A stretch of DNA of 63,648 nt, filler included, from Octopus bimaculoides (taxonomy: Eukaryota): assembly GCF_001194135.2 (NCBI RefSeq). It is 4 parts of 4 records of this genome, joined end to end, with 100 filler letters (N's around TTAATTAATTAA, not from the genome) between each part and the next. Parts side by side here need not be neighbours in the genome. Positions count along the whole stretch, not along the records: positions 51,503 to 62,364 come from NC_068990.1; positions 62,465 to 63,648 come from NW_026402664.1; 2 more parts are not named here. One strand, 5' to 3'. Positions within the stretch are counted from its first letter, which is position 1; every line of letters starts with the position of its first letter. The translations under genes were made by a program, and so were the position numbers. Positions 52,975-63,648 of the stretch are shown here, piece after piece. Under the pieces are notes generated by a model that saw only the letters and a program-made list of their open reading frames with translations, did no database searches and was not told the origin of the DNA.

Positions 52975-53505
52975 CTGTCACATCTGCAGCTTCTTCGCTA
53001 GATATGTGGGTAACATACTGCCCGCATAGAAACTAACTCAACATTGGAAGCTTTTGCGAGCATCAATGTCCACATTCAGCTTTATAGAATGTAACGATAA
53101 TTGATCAGTCACATTTCTTGACTTCTAACTCAGAACAAAATAAAGAACTGAAATCAACATCCAACTCCACAAGAAATGTGCAAGCAGAGATTCATTCAGC
53201 CACCGCAAAACAACCCTTTTCCTCTATATTAAGATATGGGTACATAAAAATCGAACTCTCTCTTAAACATTAAAAGTTCAATGAAACGCGAAACAGGCCG
53301 CCTTTCGTACCCAAAAGGTACTGGACGTCAACGCCTACCCAATATCAGTTACCTGTCTCCCTCACAACCCCAAATTCACGAAACGGAAAAATTCTTCCAG
53401 CTCGTGTTTCTTTTTAATCTAGCAGACTTCAGTGATAGTACCAATACATCTGCGTGTTTTCTACACCACCTGTCTTCGTCTTTTTTTTTTTGTGAATTTT
53501 CCTCT
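52975..53505 (+). mobile_element. Decayed, internally deleted Penelope-like element
   Basis: FFARYVGNIL (RYVDDI-like, 53000-53020), then N.HIQ...E, then SVTFLD (53105-53122). The 3' end is homologous to 6650-6710. Confidence 0.65.
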
Positions 53506-53728
53506 GGTATTTAAGCCGGTTACAGCAGGCCAAAATATTCTATTTGTTTTATGTTCCTTCTAATCAGATCCAGCCTCTCATATGTACCATACAATGACAT
53601 TTTAAAGATAAATAATCACACCATCAAAACCTTGAAGCTCGACTAATTGAAAACAATATGAATAAATAGGCGTTACATTTAATAGAGTAATCTGAATGAT
53701 AAAGCGTTAAATAAACTTCTAATATCAA

Positions 53729-54112
53729 TTTCCTAATTTTGGCACAAGGCCCGCAATTTGAGGGAGGGGATAGGCACAATCGACGTTAGTGGAATTTGAA
53801 CTCAGAAACTAAAGACGGACGAAATGCCACAAAACATTTGCCCGGCGTGCTAACGATTCTGCCGGCTTGCTATCTTAAAAAAACTTTTAATATTGGTTTC
53901 AAATTTTCGCACAAGGCTAAGAATTTCGGACGAGAGAGTAAGTTGACTCCATCAACCCCAGTTCTAGACTTGTTCTTATTTTATTGACATCCGAAAGGGA
54001 TGAAAGGCAAATTCGACCTCAGCAGAATTTGAGCTCAGAACGTTAAGACGGACGAAATACCACTAAACATTTCGCCCGGCGTATTAATGATTCTGACATC
54101 TCGCTGACTTAG
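53729..54112 (-). mobile_element. Two family A SINE copies (minus strand)
   Basis: ~53729-53877 and ~53890-54112, both with gaatttga.ctcagaac and catttcgcccggcgt motifs. Confidence 0.8.
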
Positions 54113-54180
54113 AGAAACTTCTAATCGTGGAATAAAATGTTTTGTCTATTGGTAGTTCGCGTAGAATATTTTATCTCAAT

Positions 54181-54738
54181 AAGGCGGCGAGCTGGCATAA
54201 ACGTTACCACGCCGGGCGAAATGCTTAATGGTATTTCGTCTGCTGTGACGGTTTGAGTTCAAATTCCGCCGAGGTCGACTTTGCCTTTCATCCTTTCGGG
54301 GTCGATAAATTAAGTACCAGTTACGCACTGGGGTCGATGTAATCGACTTAATCCCTTTGTCTGTCCTTGTTTGTCCCCTCTGTGTTTAGCCCCTTGTGGG
54401 CAGTAAAGAAATAGGTATTTCGTGTGTCTTTACGTTCTGAGTTTACGATCTAATCCATTGGCCTCCTCCCCAAAAAATTCGGGCCTTGTGCTTAGAGTAG
54501 AAAAGAAAATTTTATCTTAGTAAGGCAGCGAGCAGGTAGAAACGTTAGCACGCCGGGCGAAATGCTTAACGGTATTTCGTCTGTCTTTACGTTCTGAGTT
54601 CAAATTCCACCGAGTACGACTCTACTTTTCATCATTTAGGGGTCGATAAATTAAGTACTATTTGTGTACTAGGGTCGATCTAATTGACTGACCCTCTCTC
54701 CAAAAATTTCGGCACTTGTGCCTAGAGTAGAAAATAAT
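54181..54738 (+). mobile_element. Three family A SINE copies (plus strand)
   Basis: Full copy 54181-54413, partial copy 54414-54507, and full short-tail variant 54521-54738. Confidence 0.9.
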
Positions 54739-56421
54739 ATTTTATTACAGTTGTCCCCAAAAGTGCGCAGCATTAACCCCTTGGGACGTTGGAAAGATTC
54801 AGGCGAGAGTGTTGAAGAAAAGTCGATGATAATGGGGTGGCCAAAATAGGGTGATAAATGTATTAAAAAAACAAAAACATTAATAGGTTAATATTAAGCT
54901 TGGCAAATACTGGTTTATCTATTTAGGACTGGAGTTGTTTAGTAATATTAGATTTAATATCTAAGACGAAGAATGTTATAAACTTGACAGTATTATGGCG
55001 GCTTTTATCATGACTGGATAAGGATACATAACGCATATCTAATGTGATCTTTGAGACCACTCACTTCAAGAGCCCTAATTTATTTCGGGATTCCATTCTC
55101 GAAGAATTCTTTATTCAATGACAACCAAGAGATTCTTCAGCTAATATTTTTAATCAGCTTTTCTAACATTAACGGTGGATGGTAAAAGTCTAATATAATA
55201 ACTTTTTCATTAGGTTTCCTATTTCTGGTTTGTATTTCCCTGTGAAATATCGAAGCAAAATATAATAAACTTTACAATACGAAAGTTACCTTTCATACAT
55301 ACATATTTGTGTGTGTGTGTGTATGTGTGTGTCAACGAGTATTGTCTAGATACANNNNNNNNNNNNNNNNNNNNNNNNNNNNNNNNNNNNNNNNNNNNNN
55401 NNNNNNNNNNNNNNNNNNNNNNNNNNNNNNNNNNNNNNNNNNNNNNNNNNNNNNNNNNNNNNNNNNNNNNNNNNNNNNNNNNNNNNNNNNNNNNNNNNNN
55501 NNNNNNNNNNNNNNNNNNNNNNNNNNNNNNNNNNNNNNNNNNNNNNNNNNNNNNNNNNNNNNNNNNNNNNNNNNNNNNNNNNNNNNNNNNNNNNNNNNNN
55601 NNNNNNNNNNNNNNNNNNNNNNNNNNNNNNNNNNNNNNNNNNNNNNNNNNNNNNNNNNNNNNNNNNNNNNNNNNNNNNNNNNNNNNNNNNNNNNNNNNNN
55701 NNNNNNNNNNNNNNNNNNNNNNNNNNNNNNNNNNNNNNNNNNNNNNNNNNNNNNNNNNNNNNNNNNNNNNNNNNNNNNNNNNNNNNNNNNNNNNNNNNNN
55801 NNNNNNNNNNNNNNNNNNNNNNNNNNNNNNNNNNNNNNNNNNNNNNNNNNNNNNNNNNNNNNNNNNNNNNNNNNNNNNNNNNNNNNNNNNNNNNNNNNNN
55901 NNNNNNNNNNNNNNNNNNNNNNNNNNNNNNNNNNNNNNNNNNNNNNNNNNNNNNNNNNNNNNNNNNNNNNNNNNNNNNNNNNNNNNNNNNNNNNNNNNNN
56001 NNNNNNNNNNNNNNNNNNNNNNNNNNNNNNNNNNNNNNNNNNNNNNNNNNNNNNNNNNNNNNNNNNNNNNNNNNNNNNNNNNNNNNNNNNNNNNNNNNNN
56101 NNNNNNNNNNNNNNNNNNNNNNNNNNNNNNNNNNNNNNNNNNNNNNNNNNNNNNNNNNNNNNNNNNNNNNNNNNATATATATATATATACATGACAGAGA
56201 GAGATGTATATATGCAGTTACCTCTGGTGTCAAGTGTGATAGAATTGTAGTTAACGTTATATAAGAGATAAAACTATGTGTGTGACGGTGTGTGTTGTGT
56301 GTGTGTGTAAATATATCTATGNNNNNNNNNNNNNNNNNNNNNNNNNNNNNNNNNNNNNNNNNNNNNNNNNNNNNNNNNNNNNNNNNNNNNNNNNNNNNNN
56401 NNNNNNNNNNNNNNNNNNNNN

Positions 56422-56453
<32 letters not shown>

Positions 56454-56470
56454 CATATATATATACGTTT

Positions 56471-56865
56471 ATAGGCCCAGGGTGTCTGTGGGCTAAGAAG
56501 CTTTCTTGCCAACCACATGTTTCCGGTTTCAGTCCCTGAGCAAGTGTCTTATAGTATAGTCTTGGGTCGACCAGACCACAGCCCTGCGTAAGTGGATTTG
56601 GTTGACGGAAACTGAACGAAGTATGTCCTATATATATATATATTATCTGTGTGTATTTATGTGTGTCTGTATTCCTACCCCCACCATTGCTTGAAAACCT
56701 ATGTTGCTATATTTATGTACCCATAACGTAGCGGTACGGCGAAAGACAGCGATAGAATAAATAGTAAGGTTACAAAGAATACATCCTGTGGTGCATTTAT
56801 TCGACGAACGGTGGTACTCTAGCATGGCGTAGTCACATGGCTGAAACTAGTAAAACAATAAAGAA
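56471..56865 (+). mobile_element. Full-length diverged SINE family C
   Basis: Co-linear with 36606-36990. Confidence 0.8.
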
Positions 56866-57004
56866 AACTTATGCCATTTTAATGCCGAGCATGGCCGGGT
56901 TTCTCTGCTAGTGTATATATATATATATATATTTATATATAGGTTATGAGCGGCAGTGTTGACAATTAGACCCAGAGGTTTCAGGTAATGCTGTGTAAGT
57001 GCTA

Positions 57005-57400
57005 TGGATAGACCATAGTTAAACTCCAGGTTCGGTGATTATGTGAATGAGGGGTCCAACGTAGGTCATATATCAACGTGTGTATATAAAGATTTACTTT
57101 ACGTGATGACCAATTTTAAAGACTATTGGATTTTACTTATAGGGTATTGGAATCTTATATGTATACCATTCTGCGTAAACAATGGATTTACAAATACAAT
57201 ATCTCTGCATATCTCACATCTATTTTCGTTCCTCCAATTCAATCTCTATGTCGTATCTTATCTAAATTAACTATGCTTAACCATCTTCTCACACCGTCTC
57301 CGATGAAGGGAATAATAAATATCCTGGAAAAAGCTGTAAGACCTTCTATTTATAAATGTTTTAAAATATACACAGTCCTGGTTTTTTTATCTCATTAAGG
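57005..57400 (+). mobile_element. PLE-type 3' region with inverted terminal segment and mutated hammerhead
   Basis: 57105-57395 is the reverse complement of 34445-34765. 57005-57100 matches 34356-34440 in the same orientation. Hammerhead at 57296-57342 has CCGATGA and GAAAA changes. Confidence 0.7.
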
Positions 57401-57404
57401 AAAG

Positions 57405-57592
57405 TAAATCCTTAAGAATACCAGACAAGCCACCCATACCTGGATACAACTCACTACTTGAATGGACCATAGACAAAACTTGACTGTAAAAAGGATTTAG
57501 ATAATCCTATCAGGTGGTGCTATTAAGTTAGACATGGCCTGGACCAATCTTTGGTCGAAACATATCTAAGTTTTATCTAAGCTTTATATATA
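57405..57592 (+). mobile_element. 3' end of CR1-like LINE
   Basis: IPDKPPIPGYNSLLEW resembles the IPDxP...NSL C-terminus. The 3' UTR has a GACC/GGTC hairpin and a tandem atctaag(t/c)ttt tail. Confidence 0.55.
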
Positions 57593-59029
57593 TAAAGCGT
57601 AAGAATAAGGATTTCAACTTTCCATTCTGCATTATTATGTCTATATGTGTGCTTATTGTGTGTGTGTGTGTGTGTGTGGAAAGAGAGAGTGACAGACAGA
57701 CAGAGAGACAAGCAGACGGACAGACGAGCAGACGGATAGACAAACAGACGCGCAGACAAGCAGACAGAGCTGTGGAAAGAGCCTGATGAAATGAAGACGG
57801 TTACTGCTTATATAATTTAACTGGCTCAACGAAGCGTCAATAAAAATTGATAAATAACTCTGGTACGTTTGGCTATTGTTTTTCCATATCAATCAGTCGT
57901 ACGAATAACTGTTTAATGCGTTTATTGAATGTGTATTTGTTCATTAACAGCAATGAGTCAATGCAACGATGAATGCTGACCTGGTCTGTACAGGCGTTGC
58001 ATCATTTGACCCCATTAAGGCTCACTTTGTAAAAGGGGACATTATAGAAATCTAAATAATAATCTGGAGGAAATTAACTTAGGAGAGCGAAGGAGCGTAC
58101 AAACAAGGGAAGAGGGAAAGTAACTAATCGAACATTTGCAGTTAATGTATTAATGGTGGTGGTGGCGGTGGTGCTGGTGGCAGCGGCGGGAGTGGTAATG
58201 GNNNNNNNNNNNNNNNNNNNNNNNNNNNNNNNNNNNNNNNNNNNNNNNNNNNNNNNNNNNNNNNNNNNNNNNNNNNNNNNNNNNNNNNNNNNNNNNNNNN
58301 NNNNNNNNNNNNNNNNNNNNNNNNNNNNNNNNNNNNNNNNNNNNNNNNNNNNNNNNNNNNNNNNNNNNNNNNNNNNNNNNNNNNNNNNNNNNNNNNNNNN
58401 NNNNNNNNNNNNNNNNNNNNNNNNNNNNNNNNNNNNNNNNNNNNNNNNNNNNNNNNNNNNNNNNNNNNNNNNNNNNNNNNNNNNNNNNNNNNNNNNNNNN
58501 NNNNNNNNNNNNNNNNNNNNNNNNNNNNNNNNNNNNNNNNNNNNNNNNNNNNNNNNNNNNNNNNNNNNNNNNNNNNNNNNNNNNNNNNNNNNNNNNNNNN
58601 NNNNNNNNNNNNNNNNNNNNNNNNNNNNNNNNNNNNNNNNNNNNNNNNNNNNNNNNNNNNNNNNNNNNNNNNNNNNNNNNNNNNNNNNNNNNNNNNNNNN
58701 NNNNNNNNNNNNNNNNNNNNNNNNNNNNNNNNNNNNNNNNNNNNNNNNNNNNNNNNNNNNNNNNNNNNNNNNNNNNNNNNNNNNNNNNNNNNNNNNNNNN
58801 NNNNNNNNNNNNNNNNNNNNNNNNNNNNNNNNNNNNNNNNNNNNNNNNNNNNNNNNNNNNNNNNNNNNNNNNNNNNNNNNNNNNNNNNNNNNNNNNNNNN
58901 NNNNNNNNNNNNNNNNNNNNNNNNNNNNNNNNNNNNNNNNNNNNNNNNNNNNNNNNNNNNNNNNNNNNNNNNNNNNNNNNNNNNNNNNNNNNNNNNNNNN
59001 NNNNNNNNNNNNNNNNNNNNNNAAGAGGA

Positions 59030-59149
59030 GGAGGCGACAGCGGAGGTACGGGCGGCAGCGGCGGCAGCGGTGGTAGCGACAGCGGTACTGGTTGTTGCGG
59101 TAATAGTACTAAAACTTGTAGTCGCGGATGTTGACGACGATGCAGTCAA

Positions 59150-59226
<77 letters not shown>

Positions 59227-59261
59227 TTAGTAGTAGTAGTATTAGTAGTAGTAGTAGTAGT

Positions 59262-59313
<52 letters not shown>

Positions 59314-59400
59314 ATGATATGGTTAGCATTGGTGGTGACAGTGGTTTGGTAGTGGTGACGGCGGTGTTGGTGGAGTGTCGCTAACAGTTGTAGTGGTAGT
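59030..59400 (+). repeat. Compound (GTA)n/(GCA)n/(GGT)n trinucleotide repeats
   Basis: Direct reading; flanks the 58202-59022 gap. Confidence 0.9.
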
Positions 59401-59833
59401 GGACACTAATGCTGACTTGTAAGAATTCTCAGCAGAGCTATTATGAAATGTCTATAACGGCTGTTCTGCAAAAGCTGGCTTTCGAACCCCTTCCAACGTA
59501 TTCTTCTCTATGGAATGGCTCTTAAAATTTTGGGAGTGATTCCTAGTTGTACAAACAGCAGGTGTATGGTACCGATTAGAAAGACAGGGATTGAAGGATA
59601 CCGGTGTTAGTTTTCGAACCATGGTTGATAAATTAAGTTTAAAAGAGAATTGGAAACAACTTTCTTGTAAAAGTGCAGTCAGTGGAAAATACTGCATCCC
59701 GGACGCTAGTAGGTTTCGGAAATCATCAGGAAAGATCGCGTACCGGTACGAAGCCTTCCTCTTGGCGGCTTTACAGTACACCGACCCCCGCTCGCTGATG
59801 TGAGGCCCCATCAACTCTTTCGACGGACTAGTA

Positions 59834-59965
59834 TTCTGCCGGAGTCGCGTGGTGCTTACTTAGGTGTTTCGCTCATATACGCACACATCATCCGGTCTGA
59901 GATTCCAACCCGCGATCCCTCGACCACGAGACTGTTGCTCTAACCACTAGGCCATGTACTTCCAC
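59834..59965 (-). mobile_element. 5' part of SINE family D
   Basis: Homologous to 39160-39273. Confidence 0.75.
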
Positions 59966-60195
59966 GAGCCCTTACTGAGCAATAATTTTAAAGTTTGTAT
60001 ATTCAAGTCAATCTCAATTTCATGAAATACGTCAGTGACGATTGGAATGCGTTGAAGTCGTCAAACCACTGGCCTACAGACATGCTTCTGCGTATACGGC
60101 ATTGAAATATTTTCCCTAAGAATTTCTGAACAGTTTTGAAACCTGATCACTTACTGAGATGTACGGAGGTACATCTGTCATTTCAGTAGCTATTG

Positions 60196-60760
60196 TGGTG
60201 AGTTGGAAGAATCGTCAGCACGCATGACAAAATGCTTAATTAGTGGCGTTTCTCCCGGCTTTACGTTCTGCGTTCAAATTCCGGCGAGGTCGACTTTGTC
60301 TTTTATCTTTTCGGGGTCGATAAAGTAAGTACCATTTGAGTAGTGGGGGCGATGTAATCGACTTACTCTAACCCTTAAATACGGCTGGTCCGGTGCAAAC
60401 ATTTGAAAGTATCATATTAAAGACTATATGAAAAATAGTTTTTTCTGCTCTAGGTACAAAGCCCGAAATTTTGAAGCCAGAGCGTAATAACAGACGAAAT
60501 AGTGATAAGCATTTCGCCCACCGTGCTAACGTTTCTTATTTCTTTATTGCCCACAAGGGGCTAAACATAGAGGGGACAAGCAAGGGGATTAAGTCGATTA
60601 CATCGACCATAGTGCGTAACTGGTACTTAATTTATCGACTCCGAAACGATAAAAGGCAAAATCGACCTCGGCAGAATTTGAACTCAGAAAGTAACGGCAG
60701 ACGAAATACCACTAAGCATTTCGCCCGACCTGCTAACGTTTCTGCCAGCTCGCCACCTTA
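60196..60760. mobile_element. Converging family A SINEs (+ 60196-60415; - 60440-60532; - 60538-60760)
   Basis: Family A core motifs in opposite orientations. Confidence 0.85.
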
Positions 60761-60909
60761 TGAAGAAAAATATTGGTTGAAGATAAAATAATTAAAATAC
60801 TATAATGTGATGAAATTCTAGTTCTTTCTATCTTCTGAAACTGGACGCGATGGTAAGGTATTGATACATATGTATTGGTCTTAAATGACACTTTACAGTG
60901 GGTGATATT

Positions 60910-61425
60910 GCACATGGTTCCGAGTTCAAGCTAGCCGACGAGGGACTTGTGAGTAGATTTAAATGACGGAAATACAATGAAGCTCATTCTCCAAAACCGC
61001 TTGACTGCCGGTGCTGGTTTGTTTCCATCACTGTAACATAGCAGTTCAGCAAAAACGACTGATAGGATAAGGGCCAGGCTTAAGAAGTATGTACTGGGAT
61101 CGATTTCTTCGACTGAATCACTTCATGATTGTGCCCCAGCATGGCCGTTGTCGTATGCCTGGAACAACTAAAAGCTTATATATGTGTGTGGTGTGTGTGT
61201 GGTGTGGTGTGTGTGTGCGTTTGTCCCCCACCATCATTTGACAACCGGTGTTGCTGTGCTTAGCTCCACGTATCTTAGCGGTTTGACATAAGAGTCTGAT
61301 AAAGTAGGCATCAGGCTTGAAGACAAAAGAAGGACTAGGGCCGATCCGTTCAAATTCAAGGTGGTGCTCCAGCATGGTTTTTGTCTAATGACTGAAATGA
61401 GTAAAATGACAAAAGATAAAAGATA
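60910..61425 (+). mobile_element. Two diverged family C SINE copies or fragments
   Basis: cacatggttcc...cttgtgagtagattt...ccccagcatggcc (to ~61170) and tttgtccccc...ggtggtgctccagcatgg...aatgactgaaa (61185-61425). Confidence 0.7.
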
Positions 61426-61701
61426 AATACGCAACGGCCCAAGCTTCGTTGCTGAGAACAACTCGTTTAGCGTTAATAAGTCTACAATTCGCTCCATTTC
61501 CAGACTACGTTCAGATCCACTTATCACAGATTCATTTATCACTGTATAATTTGGAACGAAGCCGCCGCGATAAACACGGATGTATACATTTAATAATGTT
61601 CATTTATTCCTTCAGATAAACCTGATATCGTTGCTATTTGTCCAAATTTGGACAAATGCGTATTTTTCTTTTTTTTTGTCATTATTTATCTTTGCTTGCA
61701 G

Positions 61702-61778
61702 TAACCGATTCTTTTGGTAAAACTGTCGTATCCCCAGCTGCTTCAGATGCCAAGATATCAAAAATTGCCAAAGTGTAG
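61702..61778 (+). CDS. Candidate terminal coding exon (VTDSFGKTVVSPAASDAKISKIAKV*), unidentified
   Basis: Long polypyrimidine tract plus TTGCAG acceptor at 61701. Only the phase-1 frame is open. AATAAA at ~62026. No upstream exon or homology identified. Confidence 0.3.
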
Positions 61779-62364
61779 TACAACGGTTTTGCTATGGAAC
61801 GGTGAGGCTATTTTTTCGTTTTCTAAAAGAGTAACATTTTTGCGGGACTTACGACAGTTTTGTATAATAGCAACGAATGCAGTCGATATTGCCGTTTACT
61901 GCTCGGAGATTGATAATATATATCTGTCAAATAATGGCGTCCGTTTAATGTATGATCTTCTGCCAATCATATTACATACCATAATTTTCTTTACTGTGTG
62001 TAAAAGACAACTGCAGAACTTCTAAATAAAATAATTTTACTGACAGAAGAGAGAGAAGTCCCCCACGCCACACCTACCATCCAATATTATTTACACAACA
62101 TGCAATATGAACATTAAACAGTTAAATCTATTTATTATTAAATCACATGAAATATTTTTATGATTTGTGAAAACAATTTCAACGGATTTTTATCTTCTTC
62201 TGTATGTTTCGCATTAAACCATCATATAAGTTCTATTTTTAAAAAATACAATGTATACTTTTATTAAATTTTGCGACACTTTTGTAAATTATTATGTTAT
62301 TTTTTCCCCTGAAAACTTTACCAAAAACTTTTTGAGAACTAAATAATGTGTGTGTGTGTGTGTG

Positions 62365-62464
62365 NNNNNNNNNNNNNNNNNNNNNNNNNNNNNNNNNNNN
62401 NNNNNNNNTTAATTAATTAANNNNNNNNNNNNNNNNNNNNNNNNNNNNNNNNNNNNNNNNNNNN
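62365..62464. other. Artificial scaffold-join linker N44-TTAATTAATTAA-N44
   Basis: Same 100-bp structure as 31759-31858. Confidence 0.95.
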
Positions 62465-62704
62465 TGAATATATATATATATATAAATACATAAATACCGA
62501 ATATATATATGTACACACACTCATTATTATGTAATATATATATATTTAATGATTCAGGAAACAAAGAGGTGATAAACATCAATGTACTACATCTGTAGAT
62601 ATATTTATATACACACACACACATATATATATATATGCATAGATGCATATATATACATACACACTAATACGCATGGGTGTGTCTGTGTATGTATATATGT
62701 GTGT

Positions 62705-62735
<31 letters not shown>

Positions 62736-62745
62736 NNNNNNNNNN

Positions 62746-62783
<38 letters not shown>

Positions 62784-62999
62784 TATGCATAGATGCATGT
62801 ATATACATACACTCGTGTGTGTGTGTGTGTGTGTATAGATATATATATACATAGCTATATATATGAATAGATGCATGCATATTCATATACATATGTATTG
62901 GCATAGCACAAATACTCTCATATGTGTGTATGTATATATATATTACACATATATATATACGCATAGTAGCATGCATATACATACACACTCAGATATATG

Positions 63000-63648
63000 C
63001 ATAGCACCATGAATATAGATACACACTCATATGTGGGTATATATATACACATATGCATATATATTTATATATTATATATATATAGATATTATATATACAT
63101 ATATGTATATATATATACATATATTATATATAAATGTATATATATATTATATACATATCATATATATATATATATGTATATAAATATATTATATACATAT
63201 ATCATATATATATATGTATATATATGTATTATATACATATATGATATATATATGTNNNNNNNNNNNNNNNNNNNNNNNNNNNNATATATATGTATATATA
63301 TATTATACACTATGACATATATATATATGTATATATGTATTATACATATGATATATATATGTATGTATATATTATATACATATATGATATATATATGTAT
63401 ATAGATATTATATACGTATATGATATACATATATATGTATATATATATTATATAGATATATCATATATATGTATATATATATTATATAGATATATATTAT
63501 ACAGATATATCATATATATATATATATATGTATATAGATATATATTATATAGATATATCATATATATATATATATGTATATATTATATAGCAATATCATA
63601 TATACATATATCATATATATATATATCATATATATATATATATATATA
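63000..63648 (+). repeat. Degenerate AT-rich compound micro/minisatellite
   Basis: Recurrent tatattatacatat(g)atatatatatgta variants. Confidence 0.85.

Noticed and set aside
56884-56911. Helitron 3' end (GC hairpin plus CTAG)
   Set aside because: The hairpin is weak and no matching 5' end or second copy is visible.

Overview
This is eukaryotic, AT-rich, repeat-dense genomic DNA from a fragmented short-read assembly. By my tally about 8 kb (~13%) is N, and most gaps are flanked by (AT)n, (AC)n or trinucleotide microsatellites. The tRNA-derived SINE families look like those of octopus (OK/OR1/OR2-type), so the source is probably an octopod cephalopod; this is inference, not a database match. 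No host protein-coding exon can be identified with confidence. Most ORFs in the supplied track are microsatellite or N artefacts. The recognisable coding remnants all come from transposons: an RTE-type LINE C-terminus, two Dong/R4-type restriction-like-endonuclease 3' ends next to (TAA)n, two decayed Penelope-like (PLE) reverse transcriptases, a CR1-like 3' end and a DD37D/maT-type transposase. There are also several MITEs and more than 25 SINE copies or fragments. Three 100-bp N44-TTAATTAATTAA-N44 linkers are artificial joins. The most interesting signals are: (1) several PLE-type minimal hammerhead ribozyme motifs, including a form with an extra A and G flanking helix II that recurs in three unrelated families; (2) a TSD-bounded chimera made of a tRNA head, (AAT)n and a PLE/hammerhead tail, which looks like a Penelope-mobilised SINE; (3) a triplicated ~0.55-kb unit with a strongly conserved non-coding core; and (4) two long hairpins.
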